Source: a virus
IMG/VR virus record: IMGVR_UViG_3300043579_000184
Location: 99,315-129,940 of that record
Length of the DNA: 30,626 nt
Strand: one strand, 5' to 3'
Of this stretch, positions 26,101 through 30,626 are shown one piece after another. The stretch's first letter is position 1; each line of letters starts with the position of its first letter. The position numbers and the translations under genes were made by a program. A model generated the notes under the pieces. That model had not been told where the DNA came from, made no database searches, and saw only the letters and a program-made list of their open reading frames with translations.

Positions 26101-27118
26101 CCCGGACGGGCCGGGCTCGACGGGCATCTGGCCGGGCGGGACGGCGGACGGCTGGATCGAGCGCATCTGCAAGGTGGTCCGCAGTGACATCGACATGGAC
26201 CGGCTCGTGGCGCAGGTCACGGTCAACGACGTGGACCGGCTGATGTATCCGGCGACGACCATCGGGGTGAGCGGCGAGACGCTGGTCTTCTCCATCAACG
26301 GGCAGGGGCCGCTGAGCTACTTCACCTACACCGGGCAGCCGCTGCCCGGGCCCGCCTGTGACCCGGCGGGCTCGCGCGGCGCGACGTGGGGCGGGATGTT
26401 TCAGGGCGACAACGGCGTCATGGCCTTCGCCGGGATGAACGTCTCCGGTGGCTCGGACTGCTTCGCGCTCTACAACCCGAGCTTCGCGCGCACCTTCGGG
26501 TCCGGGACCGAACCGACCCATGGGCTCGGCTATCTCTACAGCGGGACGACGTTCTGGACGCACCAGCCGGTCGGCGGCGTGCACTGGCTGCGGCAGATCA
26601 CCAGCGCCGGGGTGGTCACCAGCAAGGGGCCGCTGCCCGCGCCACCGGGTGAGCCCTTCTACCAGAACGTCGCGGTCTCCCCGGACGGGGCCATCGCCTA
26701 CTACGGCTTCTGGGGCCCGACCATCAAGCGGTGGAATCTCACCAGCAACAGCGCGATGTCGGATCTGGTCACCCTGCCGGGCCACATGCTCCTGACGATG
26801 TTCTGTCTCAGGGACGGCTCGCTGGTGGTGGCGTGGAACGAACCCAGCCATCAGGACAAAATCATCCGCTACAGCCCGAGCGGCACCGTGCTGGGCACCC
26901 GGCCCGCGCCGGGTGGGCTGGCCTACATCGCGGCGGGCCTCACCGACGCCAGCATCTGGGCGGCCGGGTACACCACGGCCTTCCAGTTGACGGTCGCCGA
27001 GATTCAGGTGAGCACGGGCGCGATTCTCCGGACGTTCCAGCTTCCGCTCACCACGGCCAATTTCGCCGGGCCGTTCATGGTGCTCAAGACGCTGCTGCCG
27101 GTGCCTCCGCCGCCATGA
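23141..27118 (+). CDS. Tail-tip/baseplate hub (Tal-like) protein with inserted domains and C-terminal beta-propeller, 1325 aa
   Basis: ATG 23141 (MSFRTEIEKL). GLPVPIIYG motif and SIERYG...LVRITHP hub-like C-core, then a propeller from ~26270. Confidence 0.75.
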   Translation: MSFRTEIEKLARTRRAYLRFARKENKTDRSWAGPEDRRYGKVADAQGVQVVGGDRDGLVPIVGTISRFGTIQRSLATFLTSLEIPNVSVELFDPTREWRALGGGLNDQLTYRAVSFWLRVLDDLRAPIDERIAVAHIRKVAYPSGGKVTLDCQVASGSFLGAKVPRRFITTEDFPLAPPETQGLPVPIIYGRRSNTVSPFTIPDPDAPPGAAEGLPGTGPTDDPVTLPPFTGSETIYCSDLWVDDFESGLDGYSAGTAGFTLAPGAGADGSAAVRPVVPGAELTKTLTPPRRAFCVEWSSDHDVVPTGNATVEAGVNIYRMGGRDISIVTPWAGELAYLTAVLTPGTRQTFRLEGAFATKNLTVTLTSGVNATETTLHVSPTDAARLRAGMHLQLGGEIVRILSVSPTVPGAFNVIRAQFRTIANSVPAGTVLQTHDVNGYLKFLINGASVFTRMDTDVVRSASDTGEWTTVVWSPNGDGDNLKIGSGLLYTPPAPYVPPTYTAPVGGSSANPAPTPECQPGHEGGSPSGAAVRALLVGTYNLGSTGDVPAGAPGAPVPPSNPCGRPPYGTTAALADDLTQAKEAGTLMADWPLCIGFAHTQELIDLEGDIPTDDAGLAAIIGWSTLNCLVYGDCGGGSGGSTSTPGAGGASNVYVLSGHACKKVTTVYVLKPVVVQNFSEDGDESPTRSDPVQVQMVEGVDYRQGWMDINGHRYHLLAFNQAQTSETCEYFEVTANVEGIETNGDGSGTLIENADEIVEHVMLNWILNSYQKGPWFTDVPYAKGVWDADSVDRVKAVAARRVPGGYKGMGTLDVVIEAREWLRELLISYDLELFFNNNIGDSGAWSLSRFDPQTALDLIPHWDAGVDPILKDSFSSEIAIDQMVNTLPFFAGPTTQKLDTKGTSAPKVEGGGWVLSGQFESPSSIERYGIAKSDPIYLKWTDDPATVGNVMSRYLSYLEYPPIPASFRMGLKALGGPLGSLVRITHPDGPGSTGIWPGGTADGWIERICKVVRSDIDMDRLVAQVTVNDVDRLMYPATTIGVSGETLVFSINGQGPLSYFTYTGQPLPGPACDPAGSRGATWGGMFQGDNGVMAFAGMNVSGGSDCFALYNPSFARTFGSGTEPTHGLGYLYSGTTFWTHQPVGGVHWLRQITSAGVVTSKGPLPAPPGEPFYQNVAVSPDGAIAYYGFWGPTIKRWNLTSNSAMSDLVTLPGHMLLTMFCLRDGSLVVAWNEPSHQDKIIRYSPSGTVLGTRPAPGGLAYIAAGLTDASIWAAGYTTAFQLTVAEIQVSTGAILRTFQLPLTTANFAGPFMVLKTLLPVPPPP

Positions 27119-27258
27119 GCGGGCCGCCATGGTGGGTCTGGCAGCCGTCCCTGCTGGCCTTCGTGTTGTACAACCGGTGGCTCGTCGCGTCGGCGGTGGT
27201 GGCGTTCATGCTGGGGTGCCGGGTGGGGGCGACCACCGAACGGGAATGGCACGGGTGA
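27115..27258 (+). CDS. Small hydrophobic protein, possible holin-like, 47 aa
   Basis: ATGA-coupled to the hub stop. MSGPPWWVWQPSLLAFVLYNRWLVASAVVAFMLGCRVGATTEREWHG*. Lies just upstream of the endolysin. Confidence 0.5.
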   Translation: MSGPPWWVWQPSLLAFVLYNRWLVASAVVAFMLGCRVGATTEREWHG

Positions 27259-27383
27259 GGCACCTGCACCTCTGGCTGCCCGTGCTGTTTCTCGATGACA
27301 CAGCGGTCGCGTGGGCCTGCAGGGACTGCAGACTGATGCTGCAGATCGAACACCGGCGGGTCTACTTCGGGTGGCAGCGATGA
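27255..27383 (+). CDS. Small HxH...CxxC putative zinc-binding protein, 42 aa
   Basis: GTGA overlap at 27255-27258 and ATGA overlap at 27380-27383. MRHLHLWLPVLFLDDTAVAWACRDCRLMLQIEHRRVYFGWQR*. Confidence 0.5.
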   Translation: MRHLHLWLPVLFLDDTAVAWACRDCRLMLQIEHRRVYFGWQR

Positions 27384-27898
27384 GAGCCGAGCTGTATCCG
27401 AGCCCCAACCACGGGCCCCGGCGCAAGCCGATCAGCGCGGTCGTGATTCACTACACGGGCTCGCTGGCGATGGAGGGCGTGCTGCGGCACTTCGCGCAGC
27501 GCGAGTCCGGGCAGTCGGCGCACTATGTCGTGGGACGGGACGGCCGCCTCGTGCAGATGGTCGAGGAGTCCGAGGCGGCGTGGCACGCCGGTCGCAGCGC
27601 GATGTTCCCGCGCGAGAAGCCGCCCCGCGAATCCAACGTGAACGACTTCTCCATTGGTGTCGAGCTGGTGGGCACGGCGGACTCAGGGTTCACCGACCGC
27701 CAGTTAGCCGCGCTGTATGCCCTGCTCGAACGGCTGGTGGCGACGTACCGGATTGCCCCCGAGCGCGTCGTGGGTCATGCCCACGTCGCGCCCGGGCGCA
27801 AGATCGACCCGGACGGATTCGACCGGCAGCTTAACTGGGGGAAGGTTCGGGAAGTGTGTCGGGTGGCGCTACAGGCGTCAGCTCGACAGGTGCCGTAG
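27380..27898 (+). CDS. Endolysin, N-acetylmuramoyl-L-alanine amidase (Amidase_2/AmpD-like), 172 aa
   Basis: SPNH, VIHYT, SAHYVV, AWHAG, SIGVEL, GHAHVAPGRKIDP motifs. Catalytic domain only. Confidence 0.93.
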   Translation: MRAELYPSPNHGPRRKPISAVVIHYTGSLAMEGVLRHFAQRESGQSAHYVVGRDGRLVQMVEESEAAWHAGRSAMFPREKPPRESNVNDFSIGVELVGTADSGFTDRQLAALYALLERLVATYRIAPERVVGHAHVAPGRKIDPDGFDRQLNWGKVREVCRVALQASARQVP

Positions 27899-28346
27899 CC
27901 GCTGCCCGCTTGGCCTTCCGGCGCTTCGCCCAAATCTTCGTCATCCGCTTGCTCGCTTCGAGGCGCGCGGCCGCTGACATCGGCTTGCGATTCCGGCTGG
28001 ACGACTCCGACACCACCCTTGCCGGGGGGCCGCCGGGGGCCGACAGGAACGCCATCAGCTCTTCGCGCTCCTCGTCAATCTTCAGGCGCTGGGCGTCCAG
28101 CTCCTTCAGTCGCTCCTGCGCGCCGTAGGTCGCCAGTTCCTTCATCTTGTCGTTGGTCATACGCACCTTCACGGTGTCGGCGTTGAGGAAGAACATCGGG
28201 TCGCCATCCACCTCGCCGTCCGGTGGCTGGAGACCGCCGTGCCAGTTCCGCACGGCGGCTTCGACGTAGTCGAGCGCGGCCTCGGGGGTCACGCCGTCAG
28301 GGCGCGGGAACGATACGAGCAGGTGTACTGACGGCGTCTCTCTCAT
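27831..28346 (-). CDS. Hypothetical protein with basic C-terminal helix (possible nucleic-acid binding), 171 aa
   Basis: Coupled to the upstream - strand gene. Coiled coil ELATYGAQERLKELD followed by RKPMSAAARLEASKRMTKIWAKRRK. Confidence 0.7.
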   Translation of the reverse strand: MRETPSVHLLVSFPRPDGVTPEAALDYVEAAVRNWHGGLQPPDGEVDGDPMFFLNADTVKVRMTNDKMKELATYGAQERLKELDAQRLKIDEEREELMAFLSAPGGPPARVVSESSSRNRKPMSAAARLEASKRMTKIWAKRRKAKRAAATAPVELTPVAPPDTLPEPSPS

Positions 28347-28588
28347 GGTCCGATCCTATCCAGTAGCCACGCCCCGAGCGTGGTCCCGGTGGCCACCGTC
28401 AGTGCGTAGTAGATCCCCATGCGGGGGACTCCATGGTAGTCGATACGCTGCCCGATGTTATGCCACCAGAGCTGATTGAGCAGATACGCTGCCACAAACG
28501 CCGCCGGGTAGTTCTTGATCGCCAGCGCCATGGTCACGGCCCCGCCCATGATCGCCTGCAGGAACACCCACCCGATGAACTCGATCAC
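28343..28588 (-). CDS. Small integral membrane protein, 81 aa
   Basis: Three hydrophobic segments. 4-nt overlaps with both neighbours. Confidence 0.7.
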   Translation of the reverse strand: MIEFIGWVFLQAIMGGAVTMALAIKNYPAAFVAAYLLNQLWWHNIGQRIDYHGVPRMGIYYALTVATGTTLGAWLLDRIGP

Positions 28589-28992
28589 GCCGCTTTCGCC
28601 TTCTTCGGCTTGCGCGTGAACTCGATGCGCGCATGGGTAATCTTGGTCAGCAGCGTACGCGGCTCACGGTCCCAATCCACCCAGACCAGCGGGTTGAGCG
28701 CGCGGGCTTCCATGGCGGTCATCAGCACATAAAGGCAGGTGACGCCCACACCGCGAATCGCCATCAGCTCAGTGAAGAGGAGCGAGCGGTAGGCATCCTT
28801 GACGCTCGTCACGTCGAGGTCGCGCAGCACCTTGGTCAGCTTCGCGGCCGCGACGAAGTTCCCGCAGTGCAACTCATCGATCAGGGCCTGCCGGGTCCAG
28901 CTATCGCGGCCGATCTGCAGGACCACCTTCTCCTGATGGTCGAGCAGCGCCTTCCCGAGGACTTCCTGTGAACGGAAACTGGTCTTCGCCAC
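28585..28992 (-). CDS. Protein with RNA polymerase alpha-CTD-like helix-hairpin-helix domain, 135 aa
   Basis: Likely start is GTG 28992, overlapping the upstream TAG. KLTKVLRDLDVTSVKD...TELMAIRGVGVTCLYVL follows the alpha-CTD/HhH pattern. Confidence 0.55.
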   Translation of the reverse strand: MAKTSFRSQEVLGKALLDHQEKVVLQIGRDSWTRQALIDELHCGNFVAAAKLTKVLRDLDVTSVKDAYRSLLFTELMAIRGVGVTCLYVLMTAMEARALNPLVWVDWDREPRTLLTKITHARIEFTRKPKKAKAA

Positions 28993-29225
28993 TATTTGCC
29001 TTTCGCACGCGCCACCTTCGGGCGTGCCTGTTTCTTCGCGTAGAACAAGGACCAGTGGCACCACGTCATCACCTTGCCCCACTCTTCAGCGGGCATCCGT
29101 TGGATCTCGTGCCAGATGGTGTTTGCGCTCGGGTGGCTGCTGCCTTTCCGGAACGCGGTATGGACGGCTTCAGCGAGCATCGCCATCAGCTCGGATTCCG
29201 TCAGAGAGACTTCAGACTTAGCCAC
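28992..29225 (-). CDS. Hypothetical protein, 77 aa
   Basis: GTG start 6 nt below a predicted -10 element. Stop overlaps the next start. Confidence 0.65.
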   Translation of the reverse strand: MAKSEVSLTESELMAMLAEAVHTAFRKGSSHPSANTIWHEIQRMPAEEWGKVMTWCHWSLFYAKKQARPKVARAKGK

Positions 29226-29231
29226 CGAGGG

Positions 29232-29261
29232 ATGATGCCACGCTTGGGCTTAGCTAGTCAA
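29232..29261 (-). promoter_or_regulatory. Leftward sigma70-type promoter, probably leaderless
   Basis: On the - strand: TTGACT (29261-29256), 18 nt, CATCAT (29237-29232) preceded by TGG (extended -10), then 6 nt to GTG 29225. Confidence 0.5.
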
Positions 29262-29607
29262 GCTCGTTATCGTCGGGTGGCTCGTGGGCCGTCTCGAAGG
29301 CTTTGAGGGTCGCGTAGGCCGCGCGGACCGCGTCGAGACTCGGCACCGTTTCCGGCTTCTCGCTGCGATCCTTCTCGCCGTAGTTGTCCGCGCCGTAGGC
29401 CAGCGTGCTCATCGGGTGGCCCCAGACCGCCGCGATGTCAGTCAGCCGGTCACGGTACCACTTCGTGTCCGGGTCGCCTGTGCGTTCTGCGACCGCGAGC
29501 ACCTTGGCCTCGTCCAGCGTCTCCGCCATGACCACGTAGCGCCACACGATAGACGGCTTGCGTTTGTCGGTTTCTTTCATCTTGACGGAGATTCGGAACA
29601 TCATCAT
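29254..29607 (-). CDS. Hypothetical protein, ~115-117 aa
   Basis: Strong GAAAGGAGG RBS. YVVMAETLDEAKVLA pattern typical of small phage early proteins. Confidence 0.75.
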   Translation of the reverse strand: MMMFRISVKMKETDKRKPSIVWRYVVMAETLDEAKVLAVAERTGDPDTKWYRDRLTDIAAVWGHPMSTLAYGADNYGEKDRSEKPETVPSLDAVRAAYATLKAFETAHEPPDDNELD

Positions 29608-29623
29608 CAGGGGCTGCCTCCTT

Positions 29624-29809
29624 TCAGGCAGCGATGCGGTGGGTCCAGAGGACTGTCGGCTTGGCGGGGAGGACCGCTTTGGCGGGTCCGCGCTTCACCA
29701 GCCGGGGCTTCGCGGGGCTCGCGGCGAGCGCGCCCGTGCTGGGGATGTTGAGGGCTTCGATGCGCGCCCAGTTTGTCGTCACCACCCGTGGTCCCATTGG
29801 TCCTGTCAT
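29624..29809 (-). CDS. Small basic hypothetical protein, 61 aa
   Basis: GGAGGT RBS at 29821-29816. First gene below the leftward promoter. Confidence 0.6.
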   Translation of the reverse strand: MTGPMGPRVVTTNWARIEALNIPSTGALAASPAKPRLVKRGPAKAVLPAKPTVLWTHRIAA

Positions 29810-29827
29810 CCGCTTACCTCCATGTGT

Positions 29828-29856
29828 ATGATACCGCAGGTGGGCTCAGTTGTCAA
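29828..29856 (-). promoter_or_regulatory. Near-consensus leftward sigma70 promoter
   Basis: On the - strand: TTGACA (29856-29851), 17 nt, TATCAT (29833-29828). Confidence 0.8.
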
Positions 29857-29879
29857 CATGCTACGCTTGGCTGTATAAC
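29850..29879 (+). promoter_or_regulatory. Rightward sigma70-type promoter, probably leaderless
   Basis: TTGTCA (29850-29855), 18 nt, TATAAC (29874-29879). ATG 29885 lies 5 nt downstream with no SD. Confidence 0.55.
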
Positions 29880-29884
29880 CCACC

Positions 29885-30106
29885 ATGCCCACTGGACCCG
29901 GCAAGTACACGGAGGCGTGTGAGCAGGCCCGGCTCGCCACCAAGGCGGACGGCGTGCTCCTGATCGTCTTCGGCGGCTCGGCCGGGGACGGCTTCGAGTG
30001 TCAGGCCCCGGCGGAGATCGCCGCCCGGCTCCCGGCCATCCTCGAAGAGACAGCCCGACTCATCCGGCAGGAGTTCGCGCGGGCCCAGCACCCGGAGCGC
30101 AACTGA
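29885..30106 (+). CDS. Hypothetical phage protein, 73 aa
   Basis: MPTGPGKY...GVLLIVFGGSAGDGFECQA. TGATG-coupled to the helicase. Confidence 0.7.
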   Translation: MPTGPGKYTEACEQARLATKADGVLLIVFGGSAGDGFECQAPAEIAARLPAILEETARLIRQEFARAQHPERN

Positions 30107-30626
30107 TGGACCTGACCGCCATTGACACGTACCTCGCGCGGGCGCGCGAGCAGAACGACTGCACCATGCGGCCCTGCGGGCTGGTGACCCGGGAGTTCCT
30201 GCCCCTGCCTGCTCACCATGTCGGCGTGGCGCACCTGATGCTCCGGCCCCGGATGGTGCTGGCGGATCCCACCGGGTGCGGCAAGACGCCCCAGACGCTG
30301 GTGGCGTATGGCTACCTGAAGGAGAAGCAGCCCAGCTTCCGGCTGCTGGTCATCACCGGGAAAAGCTCGCAGTTCCAGTGGCGCGACTCGGTGTATCGCT
30401 TCCTCGCGGGTGTCAACGCCAGCGTCATCGGCTACACCGACAGCAAGACCAAGCTCACCCCCGCCGCCCGCGCCGCCCGCTACGCCGACCTGCAGCACTG
30501 TCACGTGCTCATCACGACCTACGCTATGCTGGCCAAGGACGAAGCCCACATTCTCCCGCCCCTGAAGGACTTCGCGGTCGTGTACGACGAGGTCCACCAC
30601 GTGGACAACCGGAAGCAGCAGACGCT
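30106..30626 (+). CDS. SNF2-like superfamily 2 helicase/ATPase (5' part, runs off window)
   Basis: ATG 30106, open to the window end: MVLADPTGCGKT (Walker A), LLVITGKSSQFQW, VLITTY, VVYDEVHH (DExH). Confidence 0.9.
   Translation, partial: MDLTAIDTYLARAREQNDCTMRPCGLVTREFLPLPAHHVGVAHLMLRPRMVLADPTGCGKTPQTLVAYGYLKEKQPSFRLLVITGKSSQFQWRDSVYRFLAGVNASVIGYTDSKTKLTPAARAARYADLQHCHVLITTYAMLAKDEAHILPPLKDFAVVYDEVHHVDNRKQQT

Noticed and set aside
5660-27118. Contractile injection system, tailocin or myovirus tail
   Set aside because: No sheath, baseplate wedge (gpJ) or PAAR/VgrG-like spike recognised. Head-tail connector genes and a very long TMP fit a siphovirus.
28993-29082. Upstream start at 29082 for the alpha-CTD-like ORF
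   Set aside because: It would overlap the 28992..29225 gene by 90 nt. GTG at 28992 overlapping that gene's stop is more plausible.
30001-30600. 199-aa minus-strand ORF
   Set aside because: Antisense shadow of the SNF2-like helicase, which the track omits because it has no stop in the window.
1-30626. tRNA/rRNA genes, att sites, IS elements, stop-codon reassignment
   Set aside because: None recognised. Genes tile densely with the standard code, and TGA, TAA and TAG all act as stops at gene junctions.

Overview
High-GC (roughly two-thirds G+C by eye) dsDNA tailed phage or prophage segment with siphovirus-type architecture (no sheath gene). The + strand from 1 to 27898 is a tightly coupled late operon: head-tail connector/neck genes, a 470-aa major tail tube protein, a tail-assembly chaperone pair, a very long 2426-aa tape measure protein, a beta-propeller, distal-tail-like proteins, a 1876-aa modular fibre, a 1325-aa tail-tip hub, small membrane ORFs and an Amidase_2 endolysin. 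Six small genes follow on the - strand, then overlapping divergent sigma70-type promoters, a small ORF and the 5' part of a SNF2-like helicase. The most striking feature is a family of five genes inserted among the neck genes (127, 734, 1717, 4210, 4599). They all begin with the same 27-28-residue leader (MPxFL[IV]P[IL][HY]E[SY]NxCHxP[GA]GxPxGG[RQ]FC) fused to unrelated C-terminal payloads: three different HExxH zincin peptidases, a ParB/Srx-like domain and an unknown domain. This looks like a leader-addressed, polymorphic virion-cargo system. All product calls come from motif recognition and synteny only; no database searches were run.
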